In this document: positions 15,641-28,179 of the stretch, in pieces
Layout of the letters: each line of letters begins with the position of its first letter
How positions within the stretch are numbered: position 1 is the stretch's first letter
Assembly (NCBI RefSeq): GCF_009914755.1
Contig: NC_060947.1
DNA: 64,000 bases
Source: the human T2T-CHM13v2.0 reference genome, Homo sapiens
Direction: 5' to 3' (one strand)
Made by a program: the position numbers and the translations under genes
The notes under the pieces: generated by a model
Seen by the model: only the letters and a program-made list of their open reading frames with translations
Told to the model about the DNA's origin: nothing
The model's database searches: none

Positions 15641-17211
15641 CTGAGCAAGAATGTGCCCGTATTTATATTTGCAGTTTTCTTTAAAATAAATTGTTAAATG
15701 TAAAGAATTAAGTCAATAATTCGATATACTATTTATAGGCTATATATGTAATACACTTTATATTAAAATGATGTTTAAATCTTAAAAGATAATGAGTTCC
15801 TACTGGAGAATACCATAAAACACTACCTTCAGCTTTCTAGAGATGGTAAGATATAGCTCGCCAATTATTTTATTCTTTCTTATAATAATAAGAAAACCAT
15901 GTTTGGAAGTCTAAAATTAAGGCCAAGCATGTAGATTTTAAGATATTCAGATGTCTAAGAAGTGTTAAGGCTACTGTTCTTAGTTTCTTTACTGAAAATA
16001 GTATAATTGTCAATGATTTCAAACCTCTAATTGATGATTTTTTTTCTGTTTAGACAATAATTTTTTTATGCAGTGTGTAAATCTCTTTAAAGCCCATAGA
16101 GGAAGTGAGCCTGTTTTGACACTTGCATTATATTCCATACAATGTGTTTTGTGAGTGAATTAAGGATATTCTACAAAATCACTACTAACCTATTGTGTAG
16201 ATTATTACATACCTTCCAACAGACATTGGATATTTGGGAAATGGGAGAAGGGGCTGTTTTATTACAATTTCAGTCTCTGTGAAGTATAAGGTTAAAAATA
16301 TTAGGGTCCTTTTTGCAATTAATAATTAACCAGCTTTTGGTAAAAAATAATTTCTAAATCATGAGAAATTTACTAAAATATATCTGCTTTTTATTTGAAC
16401 ATTTGTTATAGATTTGGATTTTGCAAAAAGTGTAATTATCTTTCTTGAGGTAATAACTTTTAAACTATAACTTCTAAAGAGTGTTTTATGTAATTAGAAA
16501 AATTTACAAATAAGTTATTAGAAATAAAAAAAATTAATACTCATTCAAAAGAAGCAAAGACTATTCAATAAAATGAGAATAGCAATCACCCTGAAAGGAC
16601 ACAATCAATCACACACGAACTGGTAATGTTACATAGTTAAAATATGCACTCTTAGAAAACCCAAACAGAATTCCATTTTAACACAGTAGATTTTTATATT
16701 ACATCATTTTGTTTCAAAGTTTATATATTTGCTCTTTGATCTGTGTGCTATTTAGATGAATAGATAATTGTTTTCAGGGGATAATGACATTTTTTGATGC
16801 TTTGCTTTTGTTTTGACATTTGATATTTTGTGGTCTGAAAATATGGCTTATAAAAATGTCTCTTTAGGTAGAATGCTTTAATGTTTTGTTGCGAGTTCTA
16901 TACAAATGGATACTCCATTAGAGGTTAAAAACTTTCATTCTTACAGACAATCTCTCTTCTCACTCTCTTCTTCTGCCTTTTTCTCTTTCTCTCTCAGAAA
17001 AAAAAAAATTATGTAATATTATTTAAATCCCAAGGAATCATATTAGTCTTTTGACTTAAAATACTAAAATATTTTACTGTGATGATTCTAGTATTTTGGT
17101 ATTGTCTAGGAGTTTTGCTATATGTATTTTCTTGCTTTTTTGTTTGGTGCATAAAAAATATGAGTTTTTAAATTATCCATTGGTTATTAATTTTATTATT
17201 ATAGAAATGTT

Positions 17212-17670
17212 CATTAGTGTTCTATTGATGCTTTCACAAATTACCAAAAACTCAGGGGCTAAAAATGATGCACATTTATTATACTATATTTCTGTAGATT
17301 AGAAATCTTACACAAGTGTCACTGGACTTCAATCAAATGTTTTCCTTCCTGGATACCCTAAGGGAAAATAAGTTTCTCTGACTTTTACAACTTCCAGAAG
17401 CCACTCACAAATTCATTCACTCATGGCCCTTGCCTCCATCTTCAAAATGAGTATCATTGCAGGTCTCTAATCCTTTTGCCATCATATCTTTTGACCACAG
17501 CCAGGAGGGGTTCTCTGCTTTTAAAGGTTCATAATTAGGTTGAAACTTATTGGATAATCCAAGATAATCTCTCCTTCTCCAGTCCTTAACTTCAGTCACA
17601 TTTGCAAAGTCTCCTTTACAGTGTGATATGACATATTCACAGATTACAGGGATTAGGAAATGCACATCCT
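17212..17670 (-). mobile_element. MLT1D-like MaLR solo LTR
   Basis: 'gaccacagccagga.gggttctctgcttttaaag', 'ggataatccaagataatctc', 'catattcacagattacagggattagg'. Confidence 0.85.
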
Positions 17671-18419
17671 AGAGTTCTAATCAATGATTTTGGTTCTCAC
17701 CTTGAATGTTGCCTTTTGTGAAATGAATTCTGTCTTATATGATATGAATATTGCCTCTTGTGATTGACATTTGTTCTTGTATGTCAAGTAAATCATATTT
17801 CACCCTTTCATTTTTCAACATCTGTGTTAACTTTCTAAAGTGATTTTTTTTTGGGCTAGATATTTGCCAGAGGTTTTTTTCACCTCAAATTCGGTATTTG
17901 ATAGGAGGAATTCGTCTATTCTACTTTATTGTGATAACTGATATAGTTAATTTTATTTTCTTCATTTTATTTTAGGTATTCCATCTATTTTTTTGTTTAC
18001 TAATACAAGAGAAAGACAGTCACCTTCTAACTGTTCTCACTAGGGTCATTTAATTCATTAGGATTAAATTTTTGTGGGGCTACCTATATTTTTATGATAA
18101 AATGATATATTCAAGGATTGCATGTAGCAAGTATCACTGCCTATGGATCCTTGTACATTGAAACTCTGGGCCTCTGGAATAGGTGTGAATCTGCACTCAT
18201 GACCCCGGGTGCAACAACAATTTCCTATAAACGTTAACAATAAGCAAATTTTGGTTGTTGAGACTCTTGAGCCAAGGAGTTGAGAACAGAAACAGATTAA
18301 GTAGTACATGTATTTATGCCACCATATCCCAAAATCCCATTTCTAGATTTACTCTTTATCCAAGCAAAATCAGGCTCTGTCTCAACTTCCTGTGCTAAAC
18401 GCAATGGATATTTTTCTGT

Positions 18420-19150
18420 GATTATGTTAATGAACTTTTTTGGCCTCATCTGGAATTGTTAACTATTTCCACCTTCTTGAAAATCCTTCTTCACTTGCTT
18501 TTCACAAGGTTATATTTCCTCTTTATAAGTTTTTCTGTCACGTCTGTATTCTGTTATAGTTCCTTTCCGTGGCTATTACTTACATATAAATATTTATTAA
18601 ACTTATCACTAGATCTATTTCTTACTCCATATATATTATTTGGTTAGCCTTATCTTCTCCCATGTTTTCAAAACCAGAATTATCTGGACTTGGTGATTGT
18701 GTAGATACAAAGGTTAAGGAAGGATAGAGAGTTAAGATGACACCTGAGATTCTTGATTGGACATTTTAGTTAATTCCTATTAGAATGACAGCATACAAAA
18801 CAGGTTTGTAAGAAAATAATTATTCAGCTTTGATCATAGTGAGTTTGAGGTGCCTGTTATTCAAATTAAAAATAGTCCTCAATTGAGTATACAGTCCTAA
18901 TTAGCAGGAGATATTCTATGGATGTATGTCTTTGGCATTCATCTCACTTGTGAAATAATTGAAGTCATGAGACTAGGTGAGAATGTTATAGAGGAGTCTG
19001 TGGAGTAGGGGCATGAAAAGAGAACAAAAGCCAGAGTTCTAAAAAACATCAACGTTTAAGAGTTAGATAGAAGAGAGTATCACAAAATGACTGACTATAA
19101 GCACTTAGATAAATGTGAGAAAGCTCAGGAGGAGAATGTGATATAATACA
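18420..19150. mobile_element. L2 fragments (plus-strand piece ~18420-18670, minus-strand piece ~18680-19150)
   Basis: 'cttgaaaatccttcttcacttg'; 'aagatgacacctgagattct', 'tgagtttgaggtgcctgt', 'ttgaagtcatgagactaggtgag'. Confidence 0.6.
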
Positions 19151-19849
19151 AACAAAGGAAATATATGACTGATGGACAGAGTTGATTGCTCAACTAAGTC
19201 ATTCCCTCCTTCTACATAATTTATAGAATCTAAAGCATATTCCATCAGCTTTATGCCCAGGGAGGGGAGAAAATACCTTCAGCCCACAGAGTATGAATTA
19301 TGATTGGCCTAAATAAAATATGCTAATCTCAACTTCTTTGCTGGTGGCTATTTTATATATTGGCTTATGACAAAGTGCTAGCCAATGAGAAGTCAGGGAA
19401 AATCTTGGGTATTCTGAGAAAAGACCAATGTTCTATGACATGTACTAGTGGCACTTCTCTTTTTTAGCCAAACATTTTATACTTAATAAACACTTTGACT
19501 ACAGAAAATTAGGTGGTACAAGCTATAATTCTTAAAATGTAGATTTTTGATGAGTAAGAGAGGAAAACTGGGGGCAAGCACTGACTCAATTATCTCAGGC
19601 TGGGGAATTTGTTACCCTTTTTATATAAAGCATAACACATGGTCAATTTTTCTTTTGTTGTATTCTGTGATGTAGACTACATTTCAAATGATAAAATAAA
19701 ATTAGAAGTGGTAGGGGAATTCCAGGGTGTTGTCGTGAGTTGTCCCTTTCTTAGAGTTCACAGAAGAAAGAGTAGCACTTGGGTAAAATATGAGTAGTCT
19801 AAAACAGGAGTGTGAAATAAGTAAGAGAGATGCTGTCTGTCTCTACGTA

Positions 19850-20015
19850 GTAATAAATTAAATAAGCAGGAGGCCATTAGCTTGAGCTGTCTCCATAATT
19901 TGAGTTTCTACATAACAAACTAAAACCTAACTTAAAAGTGTATTATTTTTGTGTACCAAATAGCCAGGTTTTAGCCAATAACAAACAGGAAAGCTTCAGC
20001 CAATCACAGGCAGCC
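19850..20015 (+). mobile_element. ERV1 LTR 5' fragment (MER57/LTR54/MER93-like)
   Basis: 'aagcaggaggccattagcttgag', 'aaacctaactt', 'cagccaatcacaggcagcca'. Confidence 0.5.
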
Positions 20016-22120
20016 ATTACCATCCAGGAGCACGGGAAATTCTGGAAATCAAAGGAAGAAAAGTGGACCTCCTTCTGGACACTGGGGCTGGTCTCTCAGT
20101 TCTCCTTTCCAATCCAGGCTCCCTCTCCTCTCTTAGCATGACCAAGAGGGGCATCTCAGGAAGGCCTTTAACCTGATATTTTTCCCAACCCTTTAGTTGT
20201 AGTTGGGGAGATCTCTTGTTCGCCCATGCCTTTCTAATTATGCCTGAAAGCCCAACTCCTCTGTTGGGCAGGGTTATTCTGGCCCATATAAGGACCACCA
20301 CCCTGATGGCTCCAGGACAAACTCTTTGTCTCCCTTTAGTGGAGACTGGTATTAACAGAAGTTTGTTCAATTCAAGGAAAAATTGGCTGAGCAAGAACTT
20401 CCATACCAGTTCAGATCCACCTTAAGGATTCCACTTCCTTTTCTAACCAGAAACAATATCCTCTGAAACCAGAAGTTAGGAAAGGACTACAAGCTGTCAT
20501 TGATAAATTAAGGTTGCAAGGCCTCAAACCCTGCCACAGCCCTTGTAATACCCCAATACTGGGAGTCCGAAAACCCAACTGGGAATGGAGAATAGTTCAG
20601 GACCTCTGCCTCATTAATGAGGCTGTGGTTCCAATTCACCCGGTGGTTCCCAATCCATATACCCTACTAACTCAGATACCTGAGGGAACTAAATGGTTCA
20701 CAGTCCTGGACCTAAAGGATGCCTTCTTCTGCATACCACTATACCCCTATTCCTAGTATTTGTTTGCATTTGAGGTTCCCTCTAACCAAACCACCCAGTT
20801 AACCTGGATGTTGTTACCTCAGGGATTCCAAGACAGCCCCCACTTGTTCGGGCAGGAATTTTCAAGTGACTTCTCCGAGTTTCTTTATCCTGAGGTTAAA
20901 GTTTTACAAATGTAGATGACATTCTCCTCAGTGCTCCAACTGAAGAAATCTCTCAGGAGGGCAGTAAGACTCTTAGTTTTCTGGCTAACAGAGGATGTAA
21001 GGTTTCAAAATCTAAAGCTCAACTCTGTAAGACTTCAGTGAAGCACCTCGGCCTGGTATTGTCAGAGGGGACCAGGGCATTGGGCAAAGAAAGGATTAAG
21101 CCCATCTCCTCTTTCCCCTTCCCCCAAACTCTCAAGCAACTGAGGGGATTCTTAGGCATTACAGGATTCTGCAGACTATGCATAGCTGGGTACAGTGAAA
21201 TAGCTCATCCCTCGTATCACCTAATAAAGGAGACTCAGGCAGCTAAAACTCACTGGATAATTTGGGAACTGGAGGCTAGAAGGCCTTGGACCAACTAAAA
21301 CAAGGCTTGCTTAAGGCACCAGCCCTTAGTTTCCCCATAGGGAAGAGATTTAATCTTTATGCATCAGAAAGGAAGGAAATGGCCCTGGGAGTTCGAACCC
21401 AGGCCATTGATACCTGAGGAGGCAGTTGTCTGTTAGCCACAGACTCCCCTTAGAAAACAGCAGTCCAGCCACATTATGTAGAGTATAAAAGGTAGCCTGT
21501 AGGCTACCTAAAGAGCTTGAGTTGGTAGCCAAAGGATGGCCAGTATGCCTCCGGGCAGTTGCAGCGGTAGCCTTGTTGGTACCAGAGACTACTAAGTTAA
21601 CCATGGAGACTAACTTAACTGTTAACACTCTGCATAATGTGGCAGGACTGCTGTCTTCTAAGGGGAGTCTCTAGCTAACAGATGATGACCTCCTCAGGTA
21701 TCAACCTCTGCTATTAGAGGGATCTGCAGTCCCATTCAGAACCTGTCCCTCCCTAAATCCAGCCACCTTCCTCCCAGAGGAAGCTGAGGAGCTTGAACAT
21801 GACTAGAAACAGATAGTAGTATGAACCTAGGTGGCCAGAGAGGACCTCAAGGAAACCCCGTTAGAGAACCCAGACTGGATTCTTTTTATAAACAGAAGTT
21901 CTTTTGTAAAACAAGGAATCCATAAAGCAGGGCGTGCAATAGTTACTCTGAATGATATTGTTGAGAGTGCATCTCTCTCCTCAGGCATGAGTGCTCAACT
22001 AGCCAAACTAATTGTCCTCACAAGGGCACTCGAATTCAGCAAAGGAAAAGCAGTTAACATTCATACCAATTCTAAGTATGCTTTCCTAGTTCTCCATGCC
22101 CATGCCACTTCTGGAAAACA
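20016..22120 (+). mobile_element. ERV1 (gammaretrovirus-like; HERV9/W or HUERS-P3-type) decayed protease-RT-RNaseH
   Basis: Protease LLDTGA (DTG at 20078-20086); RT 'WRIVQDL', 'VLDLKDAFF', 'LPQGF', frameshifted YVDD ~20908-20920, 'QLRGFLGITGFCR'; RNaseH ORF 21831-22133. Confidence 0.93.
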
Positions 22121-22124
22121 GTCA

Positions 22125-24004
22125 AAAGTTTAAAGCCACCAAGTTAACATATTATCAATCAATAGACAACTCAATAATGGTAGAAAACTTTGTGGCATTT
22201 TATTTGCCCTGTGTCCAACTCCGTCCATGGCTCAGCAGTGATATAGAAGACAGCAGTCCATAATCCCAGTGTGAGATTATGGTTCCTGGTTCTAGAAAGA
22301 GCAGAATAGAACTTATTTACAATTTTTTTTTAATTTTTAATTTTTGCGGGTACATAGTAGGCATATATATTTATAGGGTACAATGAGATATTAGGTATGC
22401 AATGCATAATAATCACATCATGACAAATGGGTTATTAATCCTCTCAAGCCTTTATCCTTTATGTTACACACAATCCAATTTTACTGTTTTAGTTATTTTA
22501 ATATGTACAATTAAATTATAACTTAGTATAGTTACCCTGTTGTGCTATCAAATATTAGATCTTATTCATTCTTTCTATTTTTTTCACAAATAATTTTGTG
22601 TGCTGTAACCTGTCTGGAATCTACCTTCAGGATTGACACAAGGTGCTTGCCTTTGTTTTGCCTAACTCAGAACTCATACAACAGTAGAAAATGGTGGACA
22701 TTCCTCAAAAACATTGTAAGGCAAATGAACAACCCTGGGGCAAAATATTATGGTTGAAGCATACAATAGAGCAACTAAAGACTGAGAGGAAAAGACAGGA
22801 TGTTTATTTGAGAAATTAGGCATTCAAAAGTGCTCATGTATAGGAGATAATTTGCCCAAGGCAGGGTACATACTCAGAAAAGACCTGAGAATGCCCTATA
22901 CTTTCAACTCTCATTAACCTATAGGTTCAGTGTAAGTAGGAAGTGAAGGGAAAAGCCATGTTGTAAATGTCCTGGCTAAACATTGAAGGAGCATCTCAGC
23001 ACAAATACAATCTGAAATATTGGGAGAGGGCATTAATGAAAAACCTATAGTACACCTCATAGTCAATGGTGAAAAACACAAAGCTTTTCTTCTTAGATAA
23101 GAACAAAAAAAATGCCTGCTTTCATAACATACTTTGTATGGAAGATAATTTCCAAAGCAAATAGAAAAAAAATTAAAAGAAACAAAAGACATCTAATTTG
23201 TAAAGGTATAAGTAATATCATATTAACAGAATATATAATCCTATCTATGGAATATTGCAGAGTCCATCAAAAAAGAGAGAAAACGCCTTGAGTTAATACA
23301 CAACTTTGGCAAAGTTGTAGCTTACAACAGCAACCCAGAAAAGTCAATTGTGTCTCTATACACTAGCAATGAATAATGCAAAAAGTAAGTTAAGAAATCA
23401 AATAATTTACAATATCATCTAAAACAATAAAGAACCTAGAGAAAAGGTTAGACAAACAGGTGATGGATTTGTACATTGAAATCTACAAAACATTGATTAA
23501 AAAATTAAAGAAGACTTAAGTAAGTGAAAAAATATTCTATGTTCACGGATTAGAACACTACCCAAAATGATCAATACATTCAAGATAATCCCTATTCAAA
23601 GTACAGTGACTTTTGGGAGAAACAAAGAAGCCAGTTCTCAAATTCATATAAAATTACACGGGGTCCCAAATGTCAAAACAGTCTTTAAAAAAGAAGGACA
23701 AATTTGGAGGACTCAAACTTCCCAATTTCAAAACTAATTTCAAAGCTAGTAATCAAAGTAGTGTGACAGTAGCAGAAAGACAGACATGTAGAAAAATGGA
23801 AAAGAACCGGGAATCTAGAACAAAGGCCTACATCTATAGTCAATAAATTTTAACAGGGATGCCAAGATGATTCAGTCGGGAAAAATAATTTTTAAAATAA
23901 ACAATACTGAGGCTAATGCATATCTACATTCAAAGGAATAGATTTTTACACCTGTGTTACACAATATATAAAACTTAATTCAAAATGGATAAATGACTTT
24001 AATA
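22125..24004 (+). mobile_element. Old L1M: 5' region pieces plus ORF2 fragment (~23030-24004)
   Basis: 'atggtgaaaaacacaaagcttttcttcttagataagaacaa', 'aaaattaaagaagactta', 'ggaggactcaaacttcccaatttcaaaact'. Confidence 0.75.
22322..22580 (-). mobile_element. L1MA1-3-type 3' end, short 5'-truncated insertion
   Basis: 'gggtacatagtagg', 'atgcaatgcataataatcacatcatg', 'ccctgttgtgctatcaaata'. Confidence 0.85.
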
Positions 24005-24142
24005 TAGGTTTTCAGATCAATTGACATATAGTTTTTCATAATATTCTGTAATAATATTTTAAATTTCTGTGCTATTAGTTGTAATGTCTACTTTTTCATC
24101 TCTATTTTTATTTACTTAGCTCTTCTCTCTTTTTTCTTAGTT

Positions 24143-27040
24143 TACATTAATTAGTTATCAGATGTTATTTGCAATCCTCACATAACCAAAAAACAAAAAT
24201 CTATAACAGATACACAAAAAATAAAGAGTAAGAAATTATATCATATCACCAGAGGCAATCACTTTTATGCAAAGGAAGACAGGAAAGAAGTAAAGAGAGG
24301 ACCAACAAAACAACCAGAAATCAAATAACAAGATGGCAGTAGTAAGTCCTTACTTACCAATAATTAACATTGCATGTAAAAGTACTAAATTTCCAGTGAA
24401 AAGACAGAGTGGGTGCATGGATTGAAAAAGAAGACCTAATTCTGTGCTTCCTACAAGAAACTAATTTCACCTATAAAGACCCAGGAAGAATGAAAATAAA
24501 ATGATGAAAAAAGATAGTCTATGAAAATGGAAACCAAAAAAGAATAGGAATAGCTATATTTATATCAGCCAAAATGGAGTCCAAGACAAAAATTATATAA
24601 ACAGACAAAAAGGTCATTATATAAAGACAAAGTGGTCAGTTCAGCAAGAAGATACAACAGTTGTAAATATATGTGTACCCAACCCTGGGGGACTGAGATA
24701 TATGAAGCAAATATTATCAGAGCAAAAGAGAGAAATAGACACCAATACAATAATAGCTGGGGACTTCAACACCCCACTTTCAGAACTGGACACATAATAT
24801 AGACAAAACAATTAACAAAGAAACACTGGACTTAACCTGTGCTATAGACTAAATAGACCTAACAGACATTTACAGAACATGCATCCAAAAACCGCAGAAT
24901 ACACATTCTTCTCCTCAGCAGCACATGGAACATTCTCAAGGATAGACCATATTTTAGGCCATAAACAAGGCTTAAAGATTCAAAAAAATTTAATTATGTC
25001 TAGTGTTTTTTACTGACTAAAACGGAATAAAACTAGAAATTAACGACAGGAAGAATTCTGGAAACTATAAAAACACATAGAAATTAAACAATATACTCCT
25101 GAACAATGATTGGGTAAAAGGTGATATTAAGAAGAAAATTTTAAAAGTTCTTGCAAAAAATGAAAATGGAAATATCACATAAAAAAACCTATGCAAAAGC
25201 TGTACCAAAAGGGAAACATACAGCAATGCCCACATCAAAAAAGTAGAAAAATTTTAAATAAACTACTGATGCATCTTAAAGACATATACCAGAAAGAGCA
25301 AACGAAGCTCAAAATTAGTAGAAGAAAAGTAAAGGACAGAGCAGAAATAAATATGATTGAAAATAAAAAAATATGAAAGATTAATGAAACGAAGAGTTTT
25401 TTAAAAGATAAAATCAACACACCATTAACCAGCCTAATTAAGAAAAAAGAGAGAAGATCCAAAAAAATAACATCAGAGATAAAAAAAAGAGACATTACAA
25501 CTGACAGCACAGAAACTTAAAGGATTATTAAAGAATATTATGAGAAACCATGTGCCAATAGATCAGAAAACCTAGAAGAAATAATAAATTACTGGACACA
25601 TAAAACCTACTAAAATTGAACCATGAAGAAATCCAAAACCTCAATACAAAAATAACAAGTAATGAGATAAAACAGCAATAAAAAGTCTCCCAGTACAGAT
25701 AAGCCCAGGACCTGATGACTTCACACTAAATTCTACCAAACATTTAAAGAACTAATACGAACCCCTACACAAGCTATTTCAAAACTGTGAGGAGAAGGAA
25801 ATATTTCTAAACTTATTCCATAAGGCCAGTGTTATGCTGATACCAAAACCAGGCAAAGGAAAATGAAAGGCCAATATATCTCATGAACAGAGATGCAGAA
25901 ATCCTCAACAAAATACTAAAAAACCAAATTCAGTAACACATAAAAAAGATCAACATTATCAAATGGGATTCATCCCAGGGATGCAAGTGTGGCTCAACAT
26001 GAACAAATCAATAAATGTGATACAACATATTAACAAACTGAAGGACAAACATCATATGATCATTTAAATAGATCCTGAAAAACAATTTGAGCAACTTCAA
26101 TATCCTTTCATAATAAAAACTCTCAACAAACTCGGTATAGAAGGAACATACGTCAACATATGAGAAAAGCCATATATGACAAACCCAAAGTTAGTTTCAT
26201 AATGAAAAAGGAAAACTTGAAAGTGATTCTGTAAGTTCTGGAATGCAATAAGGGTGACCATTTTTACCACTTTTATTCAACATAGTACTAGAAGTCCTAG
26301 CCAGAGAAATTAGACAAGAGAAAGAAATAAAGGAGATCCATATTGGAAATGAAAAAGCTAAATTATCTTTGTTTGCATAGGCTATAATCTTATATTTAGA
26401 GAAAACTAAAAATTCCACCAAAAAAACTATTAGAACTGATAAATTTAGGAAAGTTGCAGAATACAAAACCAATGTACAGAAATCAGTAGCATTGTGATAT
26501 GCCAAAAGTGAACAATCTGAAAAAGAAGCCAGGAGAGTAATCCTATTTATGGTAGCTACAAATAAAATAAAATATCTAGGAATAAACTTAGCCAAAGAAG
26601 TGAAAGATCTCTATAGTGAAAACTGTCAAACGTTAATGAAAGAAATTGAAGAGGACACAAGGAAATGAAAAGATAGTCAGTTTGCATACATTAGAAGAAT
26701 CAACACTGTTAAAATGTACATACTACGCAAAGCAATCTTCAGATTCAATGAAATCCTTATGAAAATATCTATGACATTTTCTACAGAAATAGGAAAAAAA
26801 AATGCCAGAATTTATATGGAACTACAAAAAATTCAGAATAGCCAAAGCCACCCTGATCAAAAAGAACAAAGCTGGAGGAATAATATTACCTGACTTCAAG
26901 TTACGCTACAAAGCTGTAGTAACCCAAATAGCATGGTACTGGCATCAAAAGAGACACATAGACCAATGGAACAGAATAGAGAACCCAGAAATAAATCCAT
27001 ACATTGACAGTGAACTCATTTTCGACAAACTTGCCAAGAA
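24143..27040 (+). mobile_element. L1MA-type fragment: inter-ORF region and most of ORF2 (endonuclease, RT), decayed
   Basis: ORF2 start 'atggcagtagtaagtcc' ~24332; 'gctggggacttcaacacccca'; ORF 26802-27077 '[10 protein letters not shown]...[11 protein letters not shown]'. Confidence 0.92.
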
Positions 27041-27480
27041 TCTAGACTCAGAGCAATTAGACAAGGGAAAGAAATAAACGGCATCCAAATTGGAAAAGAG
27101 AAAGTCAAACTATCTCTGTTTGCAGATGATATGCTTATTTACCTAGAAAATCCTAAAAACTCCTCCAAAAGACTCTTAGATTTGATAAATGAATTCAGCA
27201 AAGTCTGTGATTACAAAAAGAATGTACACAAATCAGTAGCACTGCTATGCACCAGCAATGACCAACCTGAGAATCAAAGCAAGAACACAATCCCTTTTAC
27301 AACAGCTGCAAAATAAAATTAAATTAAATTAAAATAAAATAAAATAAATAAATACCTAGTAATACACTAAATGAAGGATGTGAAAGAGCTCTACAAGGAG
27401 AACTACAAAACACTGCTGAAATAAATCATAGATAACACAAACAAATGGAAACGCATCCCATGCTCATGGATTGGAAGAAT

Positions 27481-28179
27481 TGTGTCTGGAATTGGTTCCT
27501 TCTGGTGGGTTCTTGGTCTGGCTGACTTCAAGAATGAAGCCGCGGACCCTTGCGGTGAGTGTTACAGTTCTTAAAGATGATGTGTCTGGAGTTTGTTCCT
27601 TCAGATGTTCAGATGTGTCTGGAGTTTCTTCCTTCCAGTGGGTTTGTGGTCTCGCTTGACTTCAGGAGTGAAGCCGCAGACCTTCCCAGTGAGTGTTACA
27701 GCTCTTAAAGGTGGCACGTCTGGAGTTGTTTGTTCCTCCCTGTGGGTTTATGGTCTCGCTGACTTCAGGAGTGAAGCTGCAGACCTTCGCGGTGAGTGTT
27801 ACAGCTCATAAAGGTAGTGTGGACCCAAAGAGTGAGCAGCAGCAAGACTTATTCTGAAGAGCAAAAGAACTGGAAGGGGACCCGAGGAGGTTGCCGCTAC
27901 TGGCTGGGGTGGCCAGCGTTTATTCCCTTATTTGGCTCCATCCACATCCTGCTGATTGGTCCATTTTACAGAGCGCTGATTGGTCCATTTTACAGAGTGC
28001 TGATTGGTCCGTTTTTACAGAGTGCTGATTGGTGCATTTACAAACTTTTAGCTAGGCACAGAGCGCTGATTGGTGTGTTTTTACAGAGTGCTGATTGGTG
28101 CGTTTACAAACCTTTAGCTAGACAGAAAAGTTCTCCAAGTCCCCACCCAACCCAGAAGCCCAGCCAGCTTCACCTCTCA
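27481..28179 (-). mobile_element. LTR12 (ERV9) solo LTR
   Basis: tgtgtctggaattgg...cacctctca termini; repeated 'tgaagccgc.gacct..gtgagtgttacag' and 'gctgattggt' units; 4-bp TSD gaat/ggat. Confidence 0.95.
27915..28100 (-). promoter_or_regulatory. LTR12 U3 promoter: six CCAAT (NF-Y) boxes and an AATAAA TATA-like box
   Basis: GCTGATTGGT at 27951, 27975, 27999, 28024, 28065 and 28090; TTTATT at 27919-27924; activity not shown by sequence. Confidence 0.6.

Noticed and set aside
19180-19420. Possible ancient LTR16/MLT fragment (also ~31860-32560)
   Set aside because: Similarity too weak to assign a family or boundaries by eye
20016-22133. Functional or domesticated retroviral pol
   Set aside because: Multiple stops and frameshifts, disrupted YVDD and mutated RNase H catalytic residues
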